This document shows, one piece after another, positions 23,833 to 35,240 of a stretch of 64,000 nucleotides of DNA; within the stretch, counting starts at the first letter, position 1, and every line of letters starts with the position of its first letter. The stretch spans positions 6,728,483 through 6,792,482 of the forward strand of contig SMSO01000032.1 of the NCBI GenBank assembly GCA_004764695.1. Reading direction: 5' to 3'. Made by a program: the position numbers and the translations under genes. The notes beneath the pieces were generated by a model. The model ran no database searches and was not told the origin of the DNA. It saw only the letters and a list, made by a program, of their open reading frames with translations. This DNA comes from Schizochytrium sp. TIO01. Its lineage: Eukaryota > Protista > Bigyra: Labyrinthulomycetes.

Positions 23833-24607
23833 GACGGCTACAAGCGAACAGGTTTTACGATGATAGATTTGATCAACGAGATGCGTCTCAAACAATTCTT
23901 AAGCCACGACAACCACAACAACGCTACGACAAGGATAGAATGGGTATCAGACTACGCCACTCTTGGTCTTGAGCGTGCTACGATATAGGATTGGTCTCTG
24001 CAGATGTCTCCAACTCAAGGTTTCAAGGAGATCGTGAAGCGGAGTATTGTGTTCTGAAGGCGTACAAAGAATGGAGTCGCTGGAGAAAATGCCACCGTGC
24101 TCTAAAAGAACTACTGCTTTAGTTTATCTTATGTACCAGTAGTATCAAGTATGAGTTCCTTTACACTGTGTTCCACAGGCTTTGTACTTTATGTACGCAT
24201 CGCGATGAAGTACGCAAAGTTCATCCTGAGCTGGACGAAGAGTGAGGCACGAGAAGAGGCTGAGCCCGAGCAAAGTAAATTCGCTGGCTATCTTCTATAA
24301 GAGATGAAGAAAAAGGGGGTCATATTATTTTCTCTCACGGACGAAGTTCAAGTTGTTTCCGCAGATTTTTTAAACTTCATGACCATTGATATTGGCGCAT
24401 CTGAAGCTTCGTTGAGGATTTTGAAAGATCAGAATGTACCGAAATTTGCTAGATTATGTCTCAGCTTTTCGATAAGTTGGCCATTTAGGCAGGAATAAAC
24501 CAAATACATCTAGTACTCCTTTTCGCTACTATTTCTTTTGGCAAGCGTGATTTATGTATACTTTATATTTAACAAATATCTAATTGTGCATATCAAGAGT
24601 GCAGTAC

Positions 24608-27600
24608 CTACTGCGACTTTTGCTTGTTTAAGGCTACAGCTTCTACATCTTGGAGGTCGCGCTCCAGCGATAGTCGTGTAGTCTTTCGATGATGACCAGA
24701 AGCAGTTTGAGTTGCTCTTGCACGAAGCTTCTTTGTAACCCGACGCACGCGAGATGTGGCAATGTCTCGAAGCCTGGAAAAAATGTCTGGGAAATCTTTC
24801 AGAGCTGTCAAAAGAGCATCGCGATCTAGCATGTAAAGAATTGAAACTGCAGTTGCCTTGGCTGAAGCCGTGCGGCGCACAGGGAGCACCAGTGAAACTT
24901 CTCCAAAAAAAGAGCCCGCTGAAATACTTGCAATCGGGACCAGCTTTGGTGCGAGCCAACTATCATCTTCGGATACTGTTGATGAATTTCCCCGGGGTTT
25001 CGGTACGCGTTTCGAACTGGAGTTAGAATTGGGTATCGGTGTATCTTCTTTGGTAAACTCTTCGACATAAATAAGAATTTTTCCAGAAGATATAAAAAAC
25101 ATGGAATCCCCAGTTGTGCCTTCCTCAATAATAATATCATCTTGGAATGCAACCATGGGGGTGAGAGAGGTGGCTAGACTAGAAATAAAACCATTTCCAG
25201 TACAATCGCGAAAAAATGGCACTTTGAGGAATAGCTCCCTTGATGTGAAAATCATGATGTCCCTTCGTAACGAAGGACTCAGATCTTTCATAATAGCTTC
25301 CTCGTTGAAAATTTTTCCTTCTGAATAGCGGAGAGCAAAATAGTCCCGCACTCTATCTCTCAATGGTGGAGGAAGGCGCTTGCTGCGCATATATTCGTTA
25401 AGCTGCTGTGTTTTCTCCTGATACAGGCGTGAGGCCATATTCATACTAAATATTATAGAGCTGATATTTGAAATCATGATGGCATAAAATACTGAACCAA
25501 GGTACATACTGCCGAGAGTAATCCACATTTCCACAGCACACCAAGAATCATCGAGGTCGCTGCAGTTCAAATTTGTGATTGGGGGCGTCTCAAAGCCAAT
25601 GCCAATCATTTGGCCAAGGGCTTTGAAAAACGCCCACATATACTGTTGTCCTTCAGACTTATCCTTAAGTCCAGACATGACAACCCAACTCGATTCTGGA
25701 AAATCCATAACTCTGCACATCATGAATTGTAAGCAACCAATCCAGTGTGCTAATACGAGCAAAAGCATACCCAGCTTGACCATTCTCATGGTGCTATCGT
25801 GAATGCGCACCTTTAGCTTGTCTTCAAGAAACCGCCGCCAGAAAGAAAAGTACTTTGCGGCGCGGCCCATCCGTAGAATACGTACTAATTTGGCGATCCT
25901 AACAAGGCGGATCAGCTTGAGAGTTTTTGTTGACCTTGTTAGAGCGTCTTCCTCTACACCGCTTATATGACTAATTATCACATCAATAGGAAACGAAGAA
26001 ACTAAGTCAGGAAAGAACCATGTCCACAAATAATGAGTGATAACGTCACTTTTGTGGAGGTGCGTAATCCCATCTGCATCGCAATAGCCTGTGAAGAAGT
26101 TTTTCACTATGTCCAGGCAAAAAATAACATCAACAGCAAGATTGAAGGATGCCATGTGGTCATTGAGATTCTCAAAAGCGAGGGATAGTGGTAGTGAAAT
26201 AACGGTGATAATCAGAATTGCAGAAATAGAAAGGTCCCAAGTGATATGAAATGTACTGTAAGGATGAATAATCCAATTACTTTCTGGTTCCCAATCTTCA
26301 AACTCCACTAGCGGAGTTCCAGTTGTGGCATTCGCAAGTCCCGGATTACGTATTGACTTTGCAATGTCTCCAATGTGAAATTTGGTCACATCAAAAATTC
26401 TTCCAACGGTTACTCCATGTTGGGCTCCTGTATTCATTTCCAAAGAGTTTACAATCGAGTGATACCAATCAGCTAATTCTTTGAAGGAAACAGATCCATC
26501 TCCATTGGCATCGATAGCCTCAAAGAACTTTTGAATATCCTCCAAAGCGATTTCTGAACCGAGCTCTACTTCAAGGTAATTCCCTAACTCTTCGCAAGAA
26601 ACCGTCCCATTTCCGTCCATATCGTATCGCCGGAAAGACTCCCAAAGATCTGGGTAAAGTTTGCGCAGTTCACTCTCGGAGTAGTTATTCTGCTTGTATG
26701 CGCTATCCTCAACAGGATTGGCTGCAGAAGACATATCTTGCTCCTGAAGGTTTCGCTGTGCGCCTTTCTTAAGGTCATTAAGTTCGTTAAGATCCTTTAG
26801 GACGGAATCATTTGGTTTCATACGTTTCAAGCTTGACAGAGGAGTTATTGACCCGGATCGAACTTTCCCGCCAAAGCCTTTAATAAGATTGCTAACTTGT
26901 GCAGATTTGAAAAGGGTGGCACGAAAATTAGACCCAAATTTTCCTTTTGTTTTAACATCTGTCTCTTGCGATGGTGGTTTGTACATCGAAGACCTTCGTA
27001 TTTTATCTCGCGTACCATAGCTCACGCTCTGACGAGTTTGAAAATCTGATATCTCTTTTAATAGCCCTTCAGTTCCTGATGGATTGGTTGGGGACGTAGG
27101 TGTCGTCGGGGTGCTTCTTTGTCGCAACGGGTTTACAGAGGATAACACATCTTGGATACCAACGTCTAGTCCCGCCATTGCAAGGCGTGACCGGAGCTGT
27201 TGCGGAGCAGTGGATAAAGCCCGAACGAGCTCAGATACAACCTGTTTGGTGGATTCTTCATCAAGTGTGATACGCTGTGAAGCCTGGGACTCCAAGGTTT
27301 CTCTCGTACTTTTTCTATTTGCAGTTTCGTGATACTGAGAAGCATCCTGTGTGTAATCATCCTCTTTGTAGTCTGGCCTGGATAGACTGTTCTGGTGATC
27401 TTGTTGTGAGTAAATTGTTGCTTGATTCGTTTCTATGTAAGTGGACCAATCAGCTCCAGACGATCGCATACTACTTTGTGGTGCATGTGCTTGTAGTTCT
27501 ACCGAATTGTAGGTGGGGAATGAGCTGTCGCCAAAATAAGTTGCTTTTGGCTGAGGTGAACTGAATTCGATTTGGCCTGTAGCTGTCGGATTTTGGTAAT

Positions 27601-27895
27601 GCTCAAATGACGGAGTCACAGCACTATATCCTGTTTTCTGCAAAGGGGGTAAAGTTGATCGAGGTGGTGGCGTCCGTCGTAGTCGCGTTTTACGAGGCCT
27701 ATCTGAAGGTTGATTCATTGTTTGTACAGGTATTGAAAGTCTCTTATTCGCCTGGGTACTTGTCCTTTTTGTATTGAACGAATGCTGATATCCTGGAGCC
27801 GTCCATTGCTCCTCTGCGTCTGACTGGGTTGTCTCATATGTGTATTTGTTGCTTCGGTCTAAACCTTGATATGTGTTGCTTTCATCAGTTGGCAT
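24608..27895 (-). CDS. HCN-like cyclic-nucleotide-regulated cation channel with N-terminal EF-hand pair
   Basis: WIIHPYS before S1; S4 KTLKLIRLVRIAKLVRILRMGR; pore helix FFKALGQMIGIG; C-linker YQEKTQQLNEYM..KRLP; CNBD FGEVSL..RRTASA; EF loops DMDGNGTVSCEE and DANGDGSVSFKE. Confidence 0.93.
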   Translation of the reverse strand: MPTDESNTYQGLDRSNKYTYETTQSDAEEQWTAPGYQHSFNTKRTSTQANKRLSIPVQTMNQPSDRPRKTRLRRTPPPRSTLPPLQKTGYSAVTPSFEHYQNPTATGQIEFSSPQPKATYFGDSSFPTYNSVELQAHAPQSSMRSSGADWSTYIETNQATIYSQQDHQNSLSRPDYKEDDYTQDASQYHETANRKSTRETLESQASQRITLDEESTKQVVSELVRALSTAPQQLRSRLAMAGLDVGIQDVLSSVNPLRQRSTPTTPTSPTNPSGTEGLLKEISDFQTRQSVSYGTRDKIRRSSMYKPPSQETDVKTKGKFGSNFRATLFKSAQVSNLIKGFGGKVRSGSITPLSSLKRMKPNDSVLKDLNELNDLKKGAQRNLQEQDMSSAANPVEDSAYKQNNYSESELRKLYPDLWESFRRYDMDGNGTVSCEELGNYLEVELGSEIALEDIQKFFEAIDANGDGSVSFKELADWYHSIVNSLEMNTGAQHGVTVGRIFDVTKFHIGDIAKSIRNPGLANATTGTPLVEFEDWEPESNWIIHPYSTFHITWDLSISAILIITVISLPLSLAFENLNDHMASFNLAVDVIFCLDIVKNFFTGYCDADGITHLHKSDVITHYLWTWFFPDLVSSFPIDVIISHISGVEEDALTRSTKTLKLIRLVRIAKLVRILRMGRAAKYFSFWRRFLEDKLKVRIHDSTMRMVKLGMLLLVLAHWIGCLQFMMCRVMDFPESSWVVMSGLKDKSEGQQYMWAFFKALGQMIGIGFETPPITNLNCSDLDDSWCAVEMWITLGSMYLGSVFYAIMISNISSIIFSMNMASRLYQEKTQQLNEYMRSKRLPPPLRDRVRDYFALRYSEGKIFNEEAIMKDLSPSLRRDIMIFTSRELFLKVPFFRDCTGNGFISSLATSLTPMVAFQDDIIIEEGTTGDSMFFISSGKILIYVEEFTKEDTPIPNSNSSSKRVPKPRGNSSTVSEDDSWLAPKLVPIASISAGSFFGEVSLVLPVRRTASAKATAVSILYMLDRDALLTALKDFPDIFSRLRDIATSRVRRVTKKLRARATQTASGHHRKTTRLSLERDLQDVEAVALNKQKSQ

Positions 27896-30800
27896 GCTCG
27901 CCAAAGGCAAACTTTAGTTCTGCGCTTGGCAAACTCCAGCGTTGCTTCAGTTTTTTAAAGCAACGCCTGACAATCACTCTACGTTGGAAGACTATTGTCA
28001 CGCCATGAATGGCGAACGTACGATGCAATACTGAGCTCGCGTAGCGTTATTGTTGAAAGTTGGTCCCCAGTAAACCCTTTGTCGCAACGTTGTGCAACCA
28101 AGAGCGAGTTTCTTTGTTCTAGCACACTGCAGCATTTATTGTCCAGTTATGATTGTACCAATCGCCAAGTACCCAGAGTCAATGTAAAACAGGCCACATT
28201 GAAATAATAAAATTTGCTTTTGGAATATAAGGACAAGTTGAATAGCAGTTCTCTCCTTTTCGCACACCTTGTTTCCTAGAACGATGCGAGATTATAGTAC
28301 TAGTAGATAGTGATTAGTATGATATGGCTTGTTATCTGATGGACTGGCTGTTCCAGTCGTCGTTTGGGAAGAATTCGTTATTGAATCAAGCACAGTACCT
28401 AACACTAGTAGGTACCAGTCAACGAATGCGAATGAATAATATGCCATTTGGCGGGTGAGATATTATCCCGGTTCGGTGGTATCTATCATGCCTGACCATG
28501 TACACACAGGGACGTTTGCCTACTTTCAAGACTCTAAGCTTTATAAATCAACAACGGATCTCTGCCAATATACCTTTACAAAATCGTTCTTTTTTTCCCC
28601 CAGTAAAAACAAAACTAAACTAATTGAGATAGAAAGAAGGGGAAGACTCATGTAAGGAAAACTAAATTAACCACTTCAACGTTGCTATGCATTGTCGACT
28701 TTGATACCAAATCCATAGAAACTGATTCTTCTCAAGAGGATTCAGAGCTGAGTACTCCAGGCTGAATGATTATGGGCGATTTTAGCTGTGGTATAGACAA
28801 CATCACAAAATCTAAACGCCGCAAGTATTCTCAGTCTTTCTTTTATACATCGTTCTTGAGAGAACTAAAGCAGATCAAGGGACAATCAAGAATTTATCGG
28901 TAAGCAGCACTCGTGCCTCATCGATTCGCTTAGACGCTGGTGTAAAACCAGCGCTTCACTTCTCGGGCTGTTGCGGAAATAAATACATTTTTTTTTCAAA
29001 TAGTCGGAGTCAACATGCATTGACCACGAAACCGAACGCTAAGAAGCAAGGCCCCAAGTTACGCGCCTTTTTTATCATCTTCGGTTTTCGCAAAGCCACG
29101 AAGCACGAAGTTTATGTGGAGAAACCCTGCACCTTTCCAAATGCTTAAAACAAATTTAAATTAAAAATATTTACAGTCAATGGAATCCTATGATACGGTT
29201 TGCCGAAGTGCCGTAGTAATACGCAACATATCGTTGTATTTATAAAAAGCTCATCTGACATTCTGATAATAAACACTGGAAAGTCCGACACCCCATTCAG
29301 ATCCAGACTTTAAACTCATCATTGAGGTGAGAAAACAGATCCTGGACAAGTTCTGACTGCGTGCCAGGAGTGGTCACCAAAGTGCTATCATCACTCTATC
29401 CTTTGCTCCGCTCTCTGTACTTCTCTCTGTCTTGAAAATTTCGCTTTCAAAAGGGTTAGATACCAGTCCGTGTTTATATTTTGGGACTATTCTTGACTTT
29501 CAGACCTGTGTTTCTAAGCGAAATGCATCTGGGCCTCTTGAGCTTTTGCGAACCAACACTGTTGCTTCTTTTGTATAGCTTTGCAGATGTGCCTCAAAAC
29601 AACTTGGAGTCTGCCATCAACACACAGAAGGTATATGTCAATTTGGTTTAGGTATTGAATCGGTGCGGGATGAGACTTTAGGGTCAGAACCTTTCCATTG
29701 TTGGGGTAGGACAGCAATAGTTTGCTCCTGCTAGCCCTATCAAGTTTTAGATCAGCACCGAAGGTCGCAAGCAGTCTAGAGAGACGCTTGTGTTCGCTGC
29801 CTTTCATGTTTCGCTGCATGCGATACTTTAGTACTTTGGACTCATCTGAAGTGAAGTGTTGCTTACTATCTTGACAGTCAGCACGCTCGCGACATCACGT
29901 CTTGCTCTTCATTTATTCGTGACACAATTGCAATTAAATGTTTCAGATATAGTCCACGGAGTGCTTGCGAAGACGCCAGCTTCGCGAAAAGCATGGCACC
30001 TTCGCGGCACATTCCTCCACACCCCAACCAGTTTCATTCAGACAAAGACAAGCCTGACTAACTTGAGTTCTTTGTGCTTTACCAGCGTCGTTAAGATAGT
30101 TAGATTGGTTTACCCTAGGGCAAGTTACACAATTCCCAGGTGTATGTACTAAGGATACCTTAGTGGTCTCTGCTCTGCTCTGCTCCTGTGTTTCTGGCTG
30201 ATCCCAATAGCTTCGCAGCATTGCTGTCATTGCTCGTGTCCTTGAGGGTGCTTTCCTTTGCCCTTTGCTGCCAGAATCGATCGTATGGATGCGTGTAAAC
30301 AGAGAGGCGATTTCCAGTGGCATTTTCGTGAAGAATTGCTTACAAATAATAAGCAAGCGTGAAAAGCACTACCAGGTATACATACATACATCATACAAAA
30401 GAATGACAACACAAATCAGGAACTCTCGAACAGTGGCCCATGTCTCGATCTGCTTGAGTTCTTCGTGCGCAGTTAGATTCTATAACTGTTCCTCTTCAAT
30501 CGACCTCTTCCGAGCACTTCAAGGGTTGAATGTTTGCGGGGTATACACTCTCACGTGAACACCTAAACACGGCCAACTCCTATTCCACTATAAGGAAATA
30601 CAAGCGCCTCCAAATGCAATCTGATCTTGAGGAACTGAGGGTTCTATCAAAGAAGCCCTTCAACAATGCACTAAAGAGAGTGGTATACGGATTCCTTTCA
30701 AAGACATTGCGCAATTCCACGGCATCGTTTCGAGCAAGAATGTGAATCGAATGAATTCCAGAATTATGACAGCAATTAGTCTACTAGAAGGTGTTAACCA

Positions 30801-31151
30801 GGTAGGTATTAGGTAGAAAAAGATTAGATTCTGAACTGAGTTTGTTTTTAGTTTTAAAACAAAAATTAAAAAAGCTTAGTAGTATGTACTACCCTACCTA
30901 TTAATGCTAGTAGGACTCAGGCGCACTAGTAGGTAGGTAAGGTACCTACTATGATGTCCGTAGGGATTTATTTTAGTTTGGCTACAAACATTTGGAGCAA
31001 ACCTGGATTGCGCGAAGGCTCTCCAGCTACGGCAGGGATCGTTCGCTCGTCGCGCTGCTCAGCTTGACACTGGGTGCTTAAGCTCTTGCTGGGCTCCCAG
31101 CTGAGAAGATCGTGCTATTTAAACTGTATCTACGTCTCGCCTCGGACTTTA

Positions 31152-31375
31152 GTAAGTGAGGACTGTGTAGTCGTCATCTGGCGATAGTCTTGCGTCAAGC
31201 CTTGAGCCTTGATATTCCTGTTAACAGGTGCTGCAAACCGAGTCTACAAAACATAGGCAAGGTGGATTCCAGACCAGGAATTAGATTGCACTATATCTCA
31301 ATCACCCTGCAGCAACACGCTGCTCAACTACTTCAACTTTGAACTAACTAAATTTATTGATTGGTTCAACTGTAG
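31152..31375 (+). other. Probable 5'-UTR intron of the MAPR-CBR gene
   Basis: GTAAGT at 31152, branch ACTAAC at 31343, TGTAG ending 31375, 23 nt before the ATG at 31399. Confidence 0.7.
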
Positions 31376-31398
31376 GATTGATAAGTTAACATTGCAAA

Positions 31399-32928
31399 AT
31401 GACTCAAAACTCTTTGCTCAACGTTGATACCCTGCTTGGAATGGGTGTCGGTGCAGCTGCTATTTGGTTTTTGTGGAATAAACTAGATGACTGGACGTCC
31501 GGAAACGATAACCTCCCTACAATTCGCTCGGACCGCAAGTTTTCAGACAGCGACCTTGCCCTGTACAATGGCGCAGACGGTAAGCTCTGCTATGTTGCCC
31601 TTCAGGACGGAACTGTCTTTGATGTTTCTCATGAGAAGGAGACTTTCAGCAAGGTAGGAGGTCGCCAGCTCACCGAGGAAGAGGAGAAAAAATTTGATGC
31701 TGAGAAGATTCGTCTCAGTGCACGCAAGGTGGGTGATTTGATCGTCCCCCAGTTTTTCACGAAGGAAGAGCTTGCCAAGTACGACGGTAAGGACGGAAAC
31801 CCTGTGTATATCTGCGCAAAGGGTGTCGTTTACGATGTGGACCCTGATTTCTACGGCGCAGGTGGACCTTATGAAATTATGGCTGGCAAAGATGCCTCCA
31901 GAGCGCTTGCTCTGGTCTCTCTTGACGCTGCTGACTTTGAAAACACAAGCCTTGAGGGCCTCACTGCAATGGATCTGAACACCCTTAACGAGTGGATTGC
32001 AAAGTTCGAGGCCAAGTACACTCGTGTTGGATACCTTGTTGACCCCAAAACTGGCGTTGCACCTGCCGCTCCCGCCGCGCCAGTTGCTGAAGTGCCCAAA
32101 TTTCTCAACAAGGAACGTCAGCAAGTTGAGGTTGCCGAGAAGACAATTCTTTCTCACGACTCCTTCATCCTCCGTTTTCGCCTCCCCGAAGAGGACATGA
32201 TTCTTGGACTTCCTGTGGGTAAGCACATTAAGTTTTGGTGCCCAAACCCATCGCCTAGTAAGGAGGGTGAATGGAACGGACAACCCGATCCTGAGGCAGG
32301 CAAGAACGAGATTGAGCGCAAGTACACCCCTAGCTCATCTGACGACGATGTTGGCTTTCTCGATGTCGTTATCAAGGCATACAAGAATGGTCATGAGCGC
32401 TTCCCGGATGGTGGAAAGATGTCCCAGTATCTCGATTCTCTAGATATTGGTGATAAGATTGACATTGCTGGCCCCTTTGGCCGTATCGAGTACCTTGGCA
32501 AGGGCAGCATTCGAGTTGGTAAAAAGGAAAAGAAGGTGAAAATGATTGGTATGATGGCTGGTGGTACTGGAATTACACCTATGTTGCAAGTTATCCGTGC
32601 TATTCTCAAAGATCCAGAAGATGACACCAAGATCTCTCTTATCTTTGGCAACCAAACTGAGGAGGATATTCTTGTTCGCGACATGCTTGAGGCCGAAGCT
32701 GAGCGCCACCCTGAGCGATTCCGCCTTTGGTATACTCTTGACCGTCCTCCTCAAGAGTGGAAGTATTCCACTGGTTTTATCAATGAACAAATGATTAAGC
32801 GCCACATGCCCCCACCAGGTGATGACTCTGTCATCCTCATGTGTGGTCCTCCGCCAATGATCAAGTACGCCTGCAAGGAGAATCTGAACAAGCTTGGCTA
32901 TGCCAAGGATGCACAAATCGAGTTTTAA
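31399..32928 (+). CDS. Membrane-anchored fusion: two MAPR-type cytochrome b5-like heme/steroid-binding domains + NADH-cytochrome b5 reductase
   Basis: N-terminal TM; FSDSDLALYNG..VFDVS and FTKEELAKYDG..VYDV..FYGAGGPYEIMAGKDASRALA (MAPR); LGLPVGKH, RKYTP, GGKMSQYL, GMMAGGTGITPMLQ, CGPPPMI (CBR FAD/NAD domains). Confidence 0.95.
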   Translation: MTQNSLLNVDTLLGMGVGAAAIWFLWNKLDDWTSGNDNLPTIRSDRKFSDSDLALYNGADGKLCYVALQDGTVFDVSHEKETFSKVGGRQLTEEEEKKFDAEKIRLSARKVGDLIVPQFFTKEELAKYDGKDGNPVYICAKGVVYDVDPDFYGAGGPYEIMAGKDASRALALVSLDAADFENTSLEGLTAMDLNTLNEWIAKFEAKYTRVGYLVDPKTGVAPAAPAAPVAEVPKFLNKERQQVEVAEKTILSHDSFILRFRLPEEDMILGLPVGKHIKFWCPNPSPSKEGEWNGQPDPEAGKNEIERKYTPSSSDDDVGFLDVVIKAYKNGHERFPDGGKMSQYLDSLDIGDKIDIAGPFGRIEYLGKGSIRVGKKEKKVKMIGMMAGGTGITPMLQVIRAILKDPEDDTKISLIFGNQTEEDILVRDMLEAEAERHPERFRLWYTLDRPPQEWKYSTGFINEQMIKRHMPPPGDDSVILMCGPPPMIKYACKENLNKLGYAKDAQIEF

Positions 32929-33278
32929 ATGACACTTTTGAAAACACAAATTATCACATAGATTAAATCCATCTTTACAATCCATTTGACGATTGGTTTT
33001 CTTGTTCTTTATTAAAGGCGCTTCAGGCTTGCCTTTCGTCTTCCTGGGTGGGAACTTTGCATCTACAAAGTCAAACCGCCCGAAGAGTCAAAACTATTTG
33101 CACTAGACCAATCCTGGAATTCTGTCTTTGATTTCTTACTGTTTCGTACCTCGTTTAAATTCCTAAGTTTTGGCAAGCTCTTTTTGGTGTCTTGTCACAA
33201 ACGCGAAATTAAAGTTTTGTTCAATAGATGAAGAATAATCGTGTCAACATTTTAATATGCTCGCAGATTCCTAAAATA

Positions 33279-35240
33279 TTAATCATCGCGAGAAAGGTGT
33301 GGTCTATCGATAGGTCCTAACTCAACTGCTTGGTATTGAAGATCATCAGCTCGGCGGCGCAGTCGTACAATTGCGAAGCATGCGCAAGCTCCGGTCACCA
33401 AAGAAACTATTGTAATGAGCATCGTTGGGTGAGCATAGACGCTATCAGTCAATTGTTCAAAAGAAGATTGTGCTGAAGGTTTTGTTGCATTTGGAGAAGG
33501 GGATGGTGCTGGAGCTGCTTTGGTTGGTGCTCGTGTCTGAACATCTTGAATAGAGCAATATTCATGCGAGGCAGGGTATCTACGTACATACGCACTTGGG
33601 CCAGTAAGTTCTGGAGCGGTTTCTTCCTGTTTCAAGCTATACAAATCAACTGCTACGTCGTAAATAATACAGTCCTGATTGTCTGCAATTCCAAATACCC
33701 ATTTCGCAGATGACAATGGGAGCAGTGCAGCACGTGGGAAACTGAGAGTCCCAGAACCTGTGGCATACTTGGCATCTAGGGAGTCCAGAGTGGTGGCAAC
33801 TGTGGTGACCTTTGGTTCGTAGGTATTTTGCATGAAAATTCGAACGCTACCCCATGAGTGCCACAAACCAGCGTTTTCCACAGTGAGATCAACTTCGACT
33901 CGATCCACCAGTGGCCTAATCCGAATATCTGCAAAGCGGAGGTAGCTGCCAGCTGCGAGAGATGCCTGGAGTAGCATATCAATATTCGCTACAGCAAGAG
34001 ACTCTACAATGTTAGAGTCAGGCCAAAATCCGTCACGACCGCGCTTTGCATTTACCCAGGCATCTCCTGGACCAACCTCTGGAGACATGGCATAGATTCC
34101 ATGAGTATCATACATCCAGTCTGCTGCGTCTCCATCTACAGCATAACCGATCATTTTATAGGAATGGCCAGTTGTGAAATGGTTCTTTCCAGAAAAGTCA
34201 CGTCCCAGCCTAAGGTAGTACTCTGACTCTTTGGAGGTCATATCCTTGTTTTTGCAAGACCATGGCAAAAGCAAGAACTCTCCAAAGGAATGAACGTTCA
34301 GTGCTGTTGTAAAATTAGAGCTTTCAATGAGGTTCTTGACTGCTATAGTCTCCGGTTCTGAAAACGGTGCTGTTCCTTGGTAGTCTTCATCACAAGGGTT
34401 GAGACTCGCGCCACGGGTTCGCGGGTCATTCTTGTCATCTTCAAAAAAACAAGTTGCATAGTTGCGATTGAGATCAACGCCCACCCTCTCGCTAATGCAT
34501 GAGCTATCACTACTTGCTCTATTTTTCCGCTGCATGGCGTGTCGCAAAGTCAGACCATTTACCATTAGTTGTTGCTCATTATAAACATATCCATCAGGAT
34601 TTACTACTGGAACAAACCAAATGCGTCTCGTTCTGACGAGGTCTTGCGCCCATGCTGAGTCCTCATTAGCAGCATTGGCGAGCCCTGTGAATATCTTTTC
34701 TAGAGTCTTAATTATGGTCATGAGCGATACGCATTCGCGGGAGTGATGCATTCCATTAAGAAAAGCCTGAGGCACATTCGTAGCTTTGGATACCTCGTTA
34801 CCATCCTCATCGATAATAGTTTCACTCTCACTACACCTACCAACGCATAGTGCTGTGATCGCGCGATTCTCCACGGTCTTACCAATTTCTTTGACTTCAG
34901 TAATTTCTGGAAATGCCTTCGCAAGGCCACGCACATATTCCTCAGACGCATCCCAGTTAAGGCATCCTCGCAAGGTTCCTGCTGGAGCTTTTGCTGCATC
35001 CATGCGATCTTGCAAGCTCACCGTTGAAGTTGATGTCGGTGGTTTTGTGGAAGAAGCAATTGTCTTCGATGAGTTTGCAGCACGAGGTGCGGCGTCTTGC
35101 GACTGCACACTCAGCGCGACGCCATCTTGCAAGATTCGCTCCGGTGCATGCCTCAAATAGTCACCATCGACAGATTGTGGCGTGGCCAGGGCCAGCACCA
35201 AGACCAGCAGCAGAACTGCAACGTTCATTCGCAGATCCAT
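33279..35240 (-). CDS. M14 zinc carboxypeptidase (CPT-like), type I membrane protein
   Basis: Signal peptide; HSRE, NPDG, RKNR, GVDLNRNY, HSFG and PEVG catalytic motifs all present; C-terminal TM followed by YQAV, a YxxPhi-like motif. Confidence 0.93.
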   Translation of the reverse strand: MDLRMNVAVLLLVLVLALATPQSVDGDYLRHAPERILQDGVALSVQSQDAAPRAANSSKTIASSTKPPTSTSTVSLQDRMDAAKAPAGTLRGCLNWDASEEYVRGLAKAFPEITEVKEIGKTVENRAITALCVGRCSESETIIDEDGNEVSKATNVPQAFLNGMHHSRECVSLMTIIKTLEKIFTGLANAANEDSAWAQDLVRTRRIWFVPVVNPDGYVYNEQQLMVNGLTLRHAMQRKNRASSDSSCISERVGVDLNRNYATCFFEDDKNDPRTRGASLNPCDEDYQGTAPFSEPETIAVKNLIESSNFTTALNVHSFGEFLLLPWSCKNKDMTSKESEYYLRLGRDFSGKNHFTTGHSYKMIGYAVDGDAADWMYDTHGIYAMSPEVGPGDAWVNAKRGRDGFWPDSNIVESLAVANIDMLLQASLAAGSYLRFADIRIRPLVDRVEVDLTVENAGLWHSWGSVRIFMQNTYEPKVTTVATTLDSLDAKYATGSGTLSFPRAALLPLSSAKWVFGIADNQDCIIYDVAVDLYSLKQEETAPELTGPSAYVRRYPASHEYCSIQDVQTRAPTKAAPAPSPSPNATKPSAQSSFEQLTDSVYAHPTMLITIVSLVTGACACFAIVRLRRRADDLQYQAVELGPIDRPHLSRDD

